A stretch of DNA of 59,664 nt, taken from the NCBI GenBank assembly GCA_013115125.1, contig JABANN010000025.1, forward strand, positions 62,001-121,664, given 5' to 3'. A model generated the notes under the pieces. That model was not told the origin of the DNA. It was given only the letters and a program-made list of their open reading frames with translations, and ran no database searches. The DNA comes from Perkinsus olseni (taxonomy: Eukaryota). Numbering within the stretch: the first letter of the stretch is position 1; every line of letters begins with the position of its first letter. Shown in pieces: positions 28,546-41,009 of the stretch. The position numbers and the translations under genes were made by a program.

Positions 28546-30100
28546 GGGCCCATTTCAAAAGTCTCGCTAAAGAAGCGCTTCTTGAGGCATAAGAACCTTT
28601 CATGATGAATTGTTCAAGGAGGCTCCTTGAGGGTTGTGCTCCTTGAAGGAGCACAACCCGTTTCAAAAGATTTTCTTTTTCTAATGCTTTCTTAGACCTC
28701 AAGAAGCCTTACTGAGCTTCTTATGCCATATAAATTGTATGATCTAATTCATCAAATAATACATAGGTATCTGGCTGAGTCCAACTCGCGTTGAAAACCG
28801 CGTGACGAAAACTTCGTCGGCACACGAAGTCTCCGTCGAGGTATTGAACTTCATTGGACTGGGAAAGAAGGTTCAAGGTCGAAACAAGAATCAGATTGAA
28901 GGTAGACATCAAACTTTCAAGTCGGGGCTCCCGACTCGGGAGCGTAGCTAAGCGCGTCGCGATGTCGAAATTTCGTCTCGAAGGTTGGAAAATCCTCACA
29001 TAACCTCCTCTCGGTGAGGGTTAGCTACTTTCGCTGCAATTCTCGAGAAAGACCGTCTTTTGAAAGAAAGTGAAGCTTCTCGAGCTTCTTGAGGGGTTTA
29101 TTCGGCGCGCCTATGTATATGCGAAAACATGTGAAGTTGATCGATCTTTACGAGTTAGCTATTCTCGTAGTTGCCCCTTTTCATATCTTGGCTCTTTCCG
29201 GCCTATCGTGCTCGTCAATCGTGGACTGGTCCTACTGTCGTTAGTGCTCCTACGACAGCAGTGGGCACATGAGCGACGTCACTGGCAAAGAACAGCGTCG
29301 AGATGACTCATGGAAGACAAGGTTTTCGAAAGGAAGTTCAATGTGAACGATTAATCATCGCATTTTGTGCTATGAGGAAGGGAGTTAACAAGGTGTGTCG
29401 CGAATCGTCCATGAGCGCTTCGTGCAGGGAATGTTCGGCGCCAAAGTGTTTGATCCATTGTTCATTCCGCCTCAAGTTTTCCGGACTGACCAGAATGTGC
29501 TTGGTTCGTCTACCATTTTTTTCGTAATTGCTCGTCTCAACTTCGATTTTTTCATAGGGGGTACTTCCATGCATGGTTTTGTGCCAGAAAGTAGCTCGAT
29601 CGTGGATAGAACTAGGAACCATGGGGACTATTGCGTGCCGTTCTAACCTACTCATCAATATCACGGGACCATCCTCGACGCTCCATACCAGACCAGTCAT
29701 ACGGCTGCCTACTCACTTAGTCAAAGATGAACTTAATCGTCATATTGGTCATTCCCCTCACTGTGTTGAACGACTATGAAGCCCATGTCAGAGAGCTATA
29801 TAGGAGACTACGGGGGAACCCCGCGAACAGTTTTTGGGCGATGTTTGTCGTCGCCCAAAAACTGTTTTTTGTTGAATTTTAAGCCGCTCAAGTTCCCTTG
29901 TGGTAAAGGCTCATAATCTCCGGACCCTAGTAACTCACTAGCAGTAAGCATATATTTCTCGAGATTCTTGTGGCAAGCAAGTTCCACTCCCAGTCCGGTA
30001 TGCACGGTGTAGGGAACGCTAGCCTCGTAACTTAGGAGTCGTAAGATTCGATGCTGATGAAAAAGTCACGATAAAGTATGAATAGGAACATAGTCAAGAA
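28546..30100. mobile_element. Putative DNA-transposon (PIF/Harbinger-like) end with palindromic subterminal repeats and degenerate interior
   Basis: CAG|GGGCCCATTTCAAAA terminus-like sequence followed by CTYCTTGA motifs in both orientations. The interior is AT-rich with broken ORFs. The second end was not found and the right boundary is arbitrary. Confidence 0.35.
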
Positions 30101-30199
30101 AAGGCTACTTCTGCTCATATACTGACATTACGTGGTCAAATAGAGGTAGAGGGTATTAGAGATCCCGACCTTGAATGTGTTCCTCTTCAGCAACGTTCA

Positions 30200-33100
30200 C
30201 TCCGCCGTTTTCTCTGATGTTACGTAAGGGACATTGAGTGCGTGTGTTTTTAGCACCCGCTCAGCGAGTTGCCGACCAACGAGCTGGGCCCAACATCTTG
30301 GCGTTCTACATGTTACCATAGACCCGGTGGGGGCTATCCACGATAGCCAAAGGGCCTTCAAGACCTCGATCCCCAGTCTCCTCAATTCTGTGGCTGAACC
30401 CGCATGATCGACTCGAATGTGCTGTGGTTCTATCGCCTACGCTGAGATACATCCAAGCTGGGTAGCCAGTATACTGTGCACTGCAACACAACTAGGACGC
30501 CACATTTGACAACATCCACGCCCAAATAAGTTGAAGAATGTAGGGTAAAATAAACATGGAACACTCAGAAATGAGATGACACTCTCCCTTGGCCTGAAGG
30601 CCTGCATGCAAAATCTTGCTGGACGACCACCGACGATGCAACAACTCAGCCGAGCAGAACGAAGGACGAGTCCACTTCCGAGTAGAAGGCATCATCACCA
30701 ATTATGGACCATTCTAAGATCAGAGAACTCCACCACATTTCCACACAAATCATCCTCCTACCATCGTCGAACTCGGACTGCTCCGTGTCACAGTCCAGAT
30801 CCTCCATGTCTAACTCATCGTCTCCGTAGCCGAGGGGCGCAGGAATAGCCAATCTTCGCGGCTGAGAAAAGGAGGTGGTAAGTGGATGAGAGCGCTTCTC
30901 GAGGATACCTCGAAGATCTCGAGGTCGGTGCAGCCGAGCACGGGCAGACCCGTGCCATTTGCTAGACGTTGGGAATCGGGTAAAGTCAAGATCTGATACG
31001 GGGGCCAGTACCGTAGCAACGGACTAGAGGACTCGCCTCACATTCTCCATGCAGAAAGCCGGAATGAACTCGTTACATGCAGAGCTTTGGAAGCCGATTT
31101 CCACGCCTACTCCACGGTACCGCAGCTCTGCTGGCATGTCGACCTGGGCGCCCTGGAGAAGAGCCACCATTTCATCATAAACCACGATGCCGATGTTCGG
31201 TCACATCCTCACCCGATAAAGCTGAATTTGAGTGCAAGACTCGGCGGGTGGTGGTTTAGGACGATCGCAGACAGCCATGGCCTGTCGCTCTCTCTCCAAA
31301 GCCATCTCCGATAGCCACACCGCCTGAAGAAACGTCACGGCAATTGTCAACGCACAATCGACGGGTAGCGTTCCACCATAGATTTGAGAAGATCCTGGCG
31401 ATTTCGCTGTGCCGCATAACCTCCTGAAATCGAGCTATTCATCTTATTCGCCCGCAACACGAGTCTCCGCCGACCTGAATTTCCTGATGAGCTTCCGATT
31501 TCAATTCGACCCGCGATCGGTGTCAACTTGAGTGGCTCCTGAGTCAACAATAACGACCACCCTGTATGGCGAGGCGCCCAGGCTTACTCGTGGGGCTTCG
31601 GTGAAAGAAGATGCGCATTCAGAGACCTCAGTCATGCACTCCAGACTAGCGTCTGGATCATCGGTGTCAGTCGACTCCGCGATGTAAAGGGACTCTTCTG
31701 ATTCGATAGACATGTCGGAGATGATCTCGTCATCGACAGTGAGTGGCGTCTCATCCTCTGACGGCACAGCAATCGTTGAGGAATCGTCCGAGGAGCTCGA
31801 GGTCGAAAGGGAGCTGCCGGTCGCGCGGCTGATCATTCGCGGGACGGTTAAAGGCAAGTAGTCCATTGCCCAGCCACCGATGGGGACCGGCGGTACCTGG
31901 GCAGCACGTAACTTCGAGCGGAGCGAAGCAGATATCGATATGGTACATGGTAGGGGACCAAAGTGGAGCACGGAGGTTCTTCGAGTGCAGCTTCAATATC
32001 CGAGTCGAAGATCCCCGACGACGAGGAAGAAGAAGAAACTTCGGAGATCTGCCGAGAGGGGTGGGTAGCCGAGAAGCACTCAAAGCCCACCAATGGATGC
32101 ATCTCCCCAATCTCATCAGCCAAGGAAGTGTACGGGATGCCTGAGGAAGAGCTGAGAGTGATCCAGTGGGGACGGCACCCCATTACCGGTCATAGTGTCC
32201 TCGTAGTCGAAGTAGCGGGGCTGTGTGTTCGCCTCCAACAAGGAGCTCTGAGTAGGACTACACAGAGGTTCCCGCTTGGCAACTAGGCTCACTGGGTAGC
32301 ATGATGAGTGCCCTGTACAGGTGTCTGAATCATCGTCCATCCAAGTGCACACGGGCGTCTCCGGGTGGTCACGATGCTGATAGTGGGAGCTTTGATGTGA
32401 GGATGGTCCTCCGACCACTGAGACCTCTACATCTAGGGAGGAAGCGGCATCAAGCGTCTTTCGTTTCTTGGTAGCGTTGGTGGCGCAACCATCGGCATCG
32501 TCAAGACCTGAGAGGCACTGAATTACAAGACCGCGAGTAAGTTAGCCCTTCACCTTCAACCCTAGCCGCCTGTGCGATTCTCCTCTTCACGATGGTTGGG
32601 CTCTTGCATAAACGCACCTGCCAAGAAGGGCCAGAGTAGCGGAGAAGCTCAGCGGACAAGACGCTACCTCTTCTGGCGCGATGCAGCTGGCCACGCCGTC
32701 AATGAGGAATTTGAGAGAAGTCATCACTCTGTAGACGGGATTCACACCACGCCACATTGATGAGGAGGATGAGGTCTGAGCCACCACTTGATGATCAACT
32801 CACCCGGGCTCGATCCCGAGCAAAGCCATTACCAGCGTTTCTTCGATGATCCTGTGAAAGCTGGTGATGTCAAGGCCCTTATTACCACGGAGAGGGGAGA
32901 GAACATCTGGCGCGAAGAGTCAGAGGCCTTGGGTGCTTTCAACCCGCCTTACCGAGGTCCAAGCCGAGATCTTGGTTGCCGAGCAGAGAGTAGCGTTGGC
33001 CGTCGTAAGGGCAGATGACCTGGCGTAGAGCAATGTGGTGACGGACCGACCGGAAGCTGCGAGGTTACTGGAATGAGCGATTCATCGAGACGGGGGAGGG

Positions 33101-34290
33101 GAGCCCTTCTACAGGACGTGATGGACACAGGGAGGCTCAGTGGAGGCTCGACGGGCATGGGCATCTGCGGTAATACAGACAAGCGAGGGTTTCCACTGAT
33201 GGCAAGGTAACCATCGGCCTACTTGCTGGGTCAGAGGGTGCCTAGGGAACCACATCTCGACGGTATCCTTGCACAGATTGCTCCTGATCGGGACACTGTG
33301 TTGACCACGACTGAGGAGCGACAGTCCGAACCTGTCCTCCTGTTGCCCGGTCGGCGGGTCGAAAAGACCGATGAGGTCGACACTGAGGCGGCATCAACAT
33401 TTTTCCGCAGGGGAATGGCGCACTCACCTAGCGGAGCTTGGGGCCTTCTTGCCGCTGCCGTTGAGGATCTTAACGGGGGGCTCAGCTGACTGCCACCTTA
33501 GAGGCGTCCAGAAATCCTCCAAGTCAAACTGGAGGCTCAGAGATCGGCCGTCGACAGCTTCGTCACATGAAGTGTGGAACTGCAGGGATACGGTTGACGG
33601 GAGGCCGGCGGAGTGACGGACGGCTACCTCCGGCTCGGAGTCGTCATCGGCAGCGGGGAGGACCTCAGAGGATGGGAGGTCGAAGTCGATGTTGTATATC
33701 CTGGACATGATTTGACTAACCAACTAGACGCTAACCTGGCATGAGGATAGACCATAGCCTTGGCGGTGAGTGGTGGACTTATTCAACTGGCCGCATCACC
33801 ATGCACGTCAGGCTGACTTCAACTGGCATGCAGCCTCTTCGAGAGTCAGCGGCGCCCTGTTACCAGTCTGGTGAGGGAGCGTGCCTTCCGGTGTACTGTC
33901 GCACTGAGGGTTCGGCAGCGGAGCTCTCCCCAGCGAGATGAACGGAGATGGTTGTCTCTAGGTAGGCATGGGATTCAGGCCATGATGAAGTCGAGACGTC
34001 GGGGATGGAAACTCGGCGTATCTTGCGCTGTTGTGTACTTGCAAGAAACTTTTCCCTGAGGCCGCCGTGGCGGCCGGCATCGGTGCCGGCACTAGTATCG
34101 AAACGTGAGAGGGTCTTTGGGCTGGTAGGGCGGAAATACGGGTCTCGCGCGGACAGGAGATGAGTATCTTTGAAAGGGCGCAGTCGGCATTGTAATGCAC
34201 CTGCGTGGGTTGATGCATCATCTAACGCTAGCAGCCTTAAGCCGTCGCCGGCCAAATAGCCTGTCGACAACAGTTCTCCGCGTGTCATAT
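30200..34290 (-). mobile_element. Degenerate LTR-retrotransposon-like gag/protease remnant
   Basis: Intronless broken minus-strand ORFs, including the retropepsin-like motif VVVIVDSGAT (~31530-31560). Many stops and frameshifts; boundaries approximate. Confidence 0.4.
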
Positions 34291-34478
34291 TAGATAGTGG
34301 CCGAAGGGCTCGATAGACTGACTTTGTGTATCCTGAGGGCGCCCATGGAGTAGACGCATCTCCGTCACACTCATGTCTCGAGTCGAGCTTAGTGGTATCT
34401 TTGCGCTAGATCTTGAGGTCTCATAATGATGGAGGACCTTTTCAGTTTGAAGAGGTTGTTTGGCATCTAAGCTTGAAG

Positions 34479-35756
34479 ATGCGCTTCAGCAAGAGGCTCG
34501 CCTTGGCGATGCAAGAAGGCACTTTGCCTTACCTCTCTCAGAAGACCATCAAACACCATCTAGTGGGACTGGAGAAGCTTGCCAAGACCTTTACCAAACA
34601 GAATGTACTACCGCCAGCGCGACTCCGTAATTCTGTTCACTTTTGCTGCTTACAGGAACTCCTTGGGACTGAGTCGATGGCGTCCCTCATCATTTTCGTG
34701 AACACTGAACGAGCAAGGTATGTTAGGGGTTGTTTTCATCCGATTTGAGTGTTCTTTTCCTTAGGTATGGTATCCCCCAGAGGGACGTGTTGTTGACGCT
34801 AGAGGAGATCCGTTATCAAGATGGGGAGATGTTCAGTGTCGTTGACAGGGACATTGAGTGCATTAAAGGAGCGATAGAGGAACTCGAAGTCACTCTAATG
34901 CATGAGGTACGTTCCTTCGTTGCATTCTCGTGTTGTCAGGATTTTTATGCTTTTTCTATCAGATTACGCAATGGATATCTAATGCTAATCACGGTGGCCT
35001 CCTCTTGACCGAACGGCAGGTGGAATGTGCTCCGCAGAAGAATGGCCAGAAGCTTGCCCAGGCATTGGTAATAGTTATGGGCGGCCCTCTTCCTTCAGTG
35101 TATGGGGACTTCTTTCCTCGCAGGTGTCGTATCATGTGAAGTCTCTTGGCACCGAGGCGGCCTGCTCATGGGTCGAGTCGTATGTGAGAAGCTACTCTAC
35201 TTTTCATGAGCACCTTACCAAGTTGATGGACTACGTCGACGTCAACCTGGCCGGCTTCCGAAAGTTGCTCAAGCGCCACGACAAGAACATACCGAAAATC
35301 TTCCACGCTAGAGACACCCCGTTCCTCGGGTAAGTTCCTCGGCAGTTCCTGGTCTCAAGTCATCGCCGTTTGGTTTTAGGTTCCATTCGATCGTCACAAG
35401 AGTTACTATGAAGGTGTTTGTGGTTGCCGTGAAGATCCACACGCTACTGAGGGAGTGTTTGGACGAGATTGATCGGCAGGCTCAGAGCTCATCGCCGTCC
35501 TCTGAGGTCGAGGCACTGGGGTCTCTCCTAGGTAAGCCTAGTAGGAGTCAACGCGGCCTTGTCGACGGTGTCTGCTTCAGGTCCAGTACCTTCGCTTGGT
35601 GCAGAAACAGCGACGGTGGCGCATCTTCACTTCCCTAACCTCTTCGAGCCGGTTGATGATGCCCAAGATGCTCAGCAGCAGCCTCATTACGAGCTGCGTG
35701 TGTGTAGCGCGGAGTCACTCCAGTTGCCGATGCTAGACGGTAGTCCTGGCAACTGA
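34479..35756 (+). CDS. SPX-domain protein (multi-exon)
   Basis: N-terminal MRFSKRL...YLSQKTIK and C-terminal YVDVNLAGFRKLLKRHDK match the SPX helix motifs MKFGK.L / Y..YK.LKK / N..GF.KI.KK.DK. Confidence 0.85.
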
Positions 35757-36045
35757 GGGGCCGCTCTGGCCTGGGTTTATGAACTGCTCAAAATTGCTGC
35801 ATGTTAGTAGTAAGGCCACGTGTAAACTCACTAGAGTACGTCGTCCATTCGGATGAGGGGCTAGTCGTGATGAGTCGATGCCTAGAGCTCCTCCGGGGGT
35901 TCATGCTGCCCGGATGGCTCTCTTTTTGCTGTTGGTTTCGCTCACAGCGGAGGGTTGTACAGTTTTGGATCATTGCTTGCGTTCGGAGGGGAGAGGAGTA
36001 CCACTCAGATTTTCCTCTGGTAGGGTTATCACATTTTCATTTATC

Positions 36046-37876
36046 ATGACCGATACAACTGCTACTGACAGCAAGATGCCTACTAAGGTTACCGTCGAGG
36101 AGGCGGCCAAGGCTAAGGTAGACGAGGCTGCAGCTAAGGTCCCGACCAAGGCTGAGGTCGAGGAGGCCGCCAAGGGTAAAATCGACGAGGCTTCCGCTAG
36201 CGTGGAGTCGGCCAAGGCCCAAGTCGAGGAGGCTGCCAAGTCCAAGGTCGACGAGGCCTCCGCCAGCGTGGAGTCGGCCAAGGCCAAGGTCGACGAGGCT
36301 GCCAAGGGTAAAGTGAACGCGGCTGCTGCTAGCGTGGAGTCGGCCAAGGCTCAATTGAAGGAGGCTGCGGCTAAGGTGGAGCTTCCTAAGGGCGCCACTG
36401 ACCAGAAGGCCGCCGCCGCCGCGCCTGAACAGGACGATGGTATGGATCATACTCCTACTGAGGATATGAACAAGCTCGTTCACTTCAATGCACTGGAGCC
36501 CTCTCATGTGGGCACTATCAAGGACGTGTCTGCCTCCAACAAGCTTATCCAGAGGAAGTACGCCCCTAAGGACTTCCACTGGTCAAAGTCCGCTGAGATC
36601 CACAGGATCAGAAGGAAGCAGATCGTCGAAGCGTAAGTGCTCTTGGTGGCTCTTGTTGTTATCGTCATCATCGTCGTTGCTGCTCTGTTCAGTCACCCGG
36701 AGATCCTCAAGGTGCAGGGTGCCGATAACCGCGAGGCCATCTTTGCCACCGTCACTGTCCTCATACAGTTCATCATGTGTATCCTCGTTAGGAACTGGTC
36801 GTGGCCGAAGGTCATCCTGGCCACTTGGGTAGGCGTCCTGTACTCAGCTAGAGTTGGTCACATTGCCGGTCTTTTTTCAGCTCGTCTCTGGAACCATGGA
36901 GCACTCCATCGTCATGGGTGGTCACGAGCTGTCTCACGATATGTTCTTCAAGACTAGGTTCTACAACAGGCTCTTCTCGTAAGTCCCATCTCAGCGCTCG
37001 TCCTGCTGTGACGTCTTCCTTGTCATTAGTCTCTTCTTGAACCTTCCGGTCGGTGTCGCTATGATGGCTACCTTCAGAAGATACCATCTCGATCATCACT
37101 CCTCACAGGTAGGAAGATTCTCTCAGATCCTCGCGCGGTTCCCAATTGTGTATGATCTCAGGGAGTCCCCAATATCGATGTGGACCTGCCCACTCGCTTC
37201 GAGGCCAACCTTTTCCAGCACAAGCTCGGCAAGTTCGTCTGGGCCCTCTTCCAGCCCTTCTTCTACGGTCTGAGGCCTCTCATTGTCCATCCCCTTCCCA
37301 TGAACTTGTACGAGTTCGTCAACTGGTTGGTGCAGCTTCCGTTTGATATCCTCGTCGTGAAGTACCTCGGCTGGAAGTCCTTCTTCTACCTTATTGGTGG
37401 TCTCTTCATGGGCCTGAGTATCTTCAACCCCATCTCCGCTCACTTCATCGCTGAGCATTATGAGTTTGTCTATGGCCAGGAGACCTACAGTTACTACGGC
37501 CCTCTCAACTTCATCGTCTACAATGTCGGGTAAGATGACAGCGGTCGAGTGAGTCCCCTTGTTACTCTTCATCGTGCTGCCTTTCAGACTCCATAATGAG
37601 CATCACGACTTCCCGAATGTTGCTGGCTCCAACCTGTGGAAGGTCAAGGAGATCGCTCCTGAGTGGTAGGGCTGGTGGTGATGCAAACAGTGTTAGTGAT
37701 TGTCATTGTTTTTGTCTACCGTAGGTACGACATGCCCAGCTACACTTCCTGGACCAAGGTCCTCTATCAGTTCATCACTGGCGAGAATATGAATCTGTAA
37801 TATCAATCGGTGCCTTGCCGTTGCTTCATCGTTGTCTGCGGTCAGGTATTGCCGTGTAATGCGCGAGCACGCGTAA
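36046..37876 (+). CDS. DEGS: Sphingolipid delta-4 desaturase (DES1/DEGS family), paralogue 1, with N-terminal repeat extension
   Basis: DFHWS..E.H..RRK.I..AHPEI, His boxes HELSH, YHLDHH and HNEHHDFP, plus AHFIAEHY..GQETYSYYGPLN. Confidence 0.95.
36088..36380 (+). repeat. 66-bp (22-aa, 2x11-mer) coding repeat in the desaturase N-terminus
   Basis: VEEAAKGKIDEASASVESAKAQ / VEEAAKSKVDEASASVESAKAK / VDEAAKGKVNAAAASVESAKAQ plus partial units. Confidence 0.85.
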
Positions 37877-38704
37877 GGCCCGGCAGCATTCCCTGGTTGT
37901 TTAGAATGACCATACCTGTGGTCGGTCTATTATCCCTTCTGAGTGACCTCGCCTCACCGCCCTGTTGTTCATTGGGCATATCCTTATTCTTGTTCCTAAT
38001 GTCAAGCTGCCGTATTGCCAGGCAGTAGTTTCCTATTCTTCGAAGTGTATCTTTTACAGCTTACTAACACCAGGAGTTTCATCATCGTTGTCGTCGTTTG
38101 GTTATAAATTCTACGCTGCTTGGGGAGGGCCGTGGGAGAAGTCGACGGTTGCTCAATGGAGAGGCTTAAAGCAGCTGTGAGGGGCACTCTGTACGCCTTC
38201 GTATCGGAATCACTTCGAGCCATTTGTGGTAAACTCGAAAGGTTATAACGGAAGAGGATGTTGCTGCTCAGAGACTCAATTCGCTCGTGATTCAAGTGTT
38301 AAGGGCAACTGACGGTTCCTTCCTCTATTCATTGGTAGGAATAGCAGGATTCTGTCGCCTTCTGAGTCGCTCTTCCCAAACCTCATTTCTGGATGTAGAT
38401 GGCACTGCGTTGAGAATTATCGATGTTAACGAAGTCGATCTGATGTTATGATCTTCGAGATTGTATTTGGTCGACTGGGATGGACCACGGCAGAGGCTGA
38501 CAAACCTGAAGTTGTTCCACTACCGTCACGGTAGTACCGTGTTGGCACACGGTAATTTTCCATTCGAAGTGTATCTTTTGCAGTTCGATCCCATCGGGGC
38601 TTTCTTTCCAATGTTATTGTGGTTTTGTTATCATTTTTATTTTACGTTTGGGGGGACGCTGAGATCTGAGATGTCGGGTTCGACGTGAGTACGAATAGCA
38701 TCCG

Positions 38705-40242
38705 ATGGCGACTGTACGGTCCCTAACAGCTAGCAGTCTTTCGTGGCTGCACTACACCCTTCTAAGCTCTTATAGGATAGTCCGGGACACCGATGGCCCT
38801 CACATAGCGGCTCTCCGCATGCTTCTGCTGGAGCATCGAGCCAACGCTGCTCTGCCTGAGTGCCTGGAGGACCTCATCTGGGCTTATCTCCTACCGATCA
38901 CCATCAATTCTCCGGATACATGCGTCCAGAACACATTTCGTCTCCCAGCTAGGTTCAAGCCCATCGCTTTATCTTTCATATCTGAGCCTACTGATGGTAT
39001 CTTTGGTGTATGGGAGGAAGATACAAATAAGGTCGCACGTATGGCTCTCGGGACGGGATCGACTTCTGGCCAGGCCCTAGGAAACACTGGAGAGGTTGTG
39101 TTTGATGCCGGAAGTGAGGTTACCGCAGCCGTGTCCTCGCATAAGGATGTCTACTACGTTACCTCTGCCTCGCCTAGAGTTTTGCACCGCCGAGGGTTGC
39201 TCGAGAGTGGTGAGTATGAGTTGATTTCGTCTCTGAGTATGCCTCGGTCTATACGAGAGCTCAAGCTGGCGAGTGGCCGTATCTTCTTGCTCCTTGAAGG
39301 AGGCAGTGAGCTTTACAGGCTGACTTATTACCCCTCTATGAATATCGAAATGGTTGGTAAGCTGCCTCTAGGCGGCAAACCGTCCCCCGTCCCCCGATCC
39401 GGCCTGGTCAGGATGACCATTGTGATGTCATACAAGATGTGTTGATTGAAGGCGACCGCGTCACTTGTGTGTTGTTCGTTCCACAGGAGAGTAGCCTCGG
39501 CGTCTGGCGTCCCGATGACTTCGTCTTTAAGGCTGTTCAAGTCCCAAGATTCTGCTGCTGTCGCTTTGTTCTGCGTACTAATGGTAACGTGGTGGCTGGG
39601 GTATTCGGTGGTTCCTGGGGACACAGCTTCAGCGTATACGAGATCTTCGAAAACAAAGTCTCGACGTGCGCCTTCGCCGCGAGGGAAAGCCGCGTGATAT
39701 CGGTTGCCGTTTCGTCTGACCGGCGAGTATCAGTTTCTCTGTGGAAAGAGAAAGAGGGGCAGTCGTGTGGAACGGTGGTCAGGACGGTGACACTCAGTCG
39801 AAGCGGAGCGAGGACGTATGATCACGGATTTATTTACCGCCCGAGATCGATTGATACTGATAGAAGTTTGGCTTATTATTATGCCGCTGCGGCCCAAGAC
39901 CATGTATGTCATGACGACACTTCTGACGATTCGGACCTTGACGAAGTTATCTATGGTAATATCTTTGACGATTCAGGCCCCGACGAGGTTGTCTATGACG
40001 ATATCTTCGTGGACTCGGGCCCCGACGAGGTTGTCTATGATGATATCTTCGTGGACTCGGGCCCCGACGAGGTTGTCTATGATGATATCTTTTTGGATGC
40101 GGGCCCCGACGAGGTTGTCTATGTTGATATCTTCGTGGACTCGGGCCCCGACGAGGTTGTCTATGATGATATCTTTTCGGATGCGGGCCCCGACGAGGTT
40201 GTCTATGATGATATCTTCGTCGATTCAGGTTCCGATTATTAG
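38705..40242 (+). pseudogene. F-box-like/beta-rich family copy 1, one frameshift (~39385-39395), C-terminal acidic Tyr repeats
   Basis: ORFs 38705-39445 and 39439-40242 together align end to end with 41010-42185 (PHIAALR..LPECLEDLIWAYL; CCCRFV..TNG.VVAGVFG). The frame change equals one missing base at a C-run, so a sequencing error is possible. Confidence 0.65.
39928..40221 (+). repeat. 42-bp tandem repeat x7 encoding DSGPDEVVYDDIFV
   Basis: Directly visible head-to-tail units with no spacers; the first unit is degenerate. Confidence 0.97.
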
Positions 40243-41009
40243 CGGAACCGCTCCGCTTTGAGCTTCAGTAGCTCACTAGAATGGACCAAGACGTATCCCG
40301 CACATGGGAAGAGGTCAGGTCACCGCTGCGGATGATACTCAGCAAAGATCTCTCTGGAGCTACCGATCGATGCGTAACTTGGGAGCATATCCGCAGTTTC
40401 AGTGTTTGACTTTTATAAGGGAGGATCTCCGCCGGGAGGCTCTGTAGAGTTGGCCAGGGGTAGGAGGATGGGCTTACAACCTACGTAGAAATGGGAAACG
40501 TCGCCCACAATAGAGTTAAGTGAGATTATCTGAGCGAGTGCTTGGCGATGAAGATCGGACCGGGCAGCCTCAATATCATGGAAAATTTGACATCGGAGTT
40601 TCGTAGACTCTCGAGATGTGCAGCCTCGGAGAGCGCGGAAGGAACTCCCAGGAGCTCCCTCGCTCAGCTGCCTTCGCTTACATCTTCTCGACCTCTGTTG
40701 TGCTCATGGAAACTTCAATCGCGGCAGGAGCCTCTGAACGGGGTCACAACAAAATTGAAGTTTCTATTGGTGGAATAGGGATTGAACGGATGCCGTTTAG
40801 TTATCAGTCTCAATTTTGTACTCTGAAGAGGTTCAGAGGAGCTCAGACGCATGCGTGCAAGTTGTGGTCGAAGAACCCGAAAATGTTGAAAGTTCTGAAG
40901 TTCCGAGTCCTCTGACCTGACCAGTGGCTCTGGGCGGCGGCCTGCTTGTGTGTGGTTCGTCATGAATCCAGACTGCTGTGGACTCCTTTAGCTAGGCTTA
41001 TTGAGTTGA

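Noticed and set aside
39380-39445. Programmed frameshifting in the array genes
   Set aside because: Frame breaks are at different positions in different copies and copy 2 has none. Decay or homopolymer sequencing error is simpler.
39928-40221. CRISPR-like array
   Set aside because: Head-to-tail units with no unique spacers, in frame within an ORF, in a eukaryotic genome.
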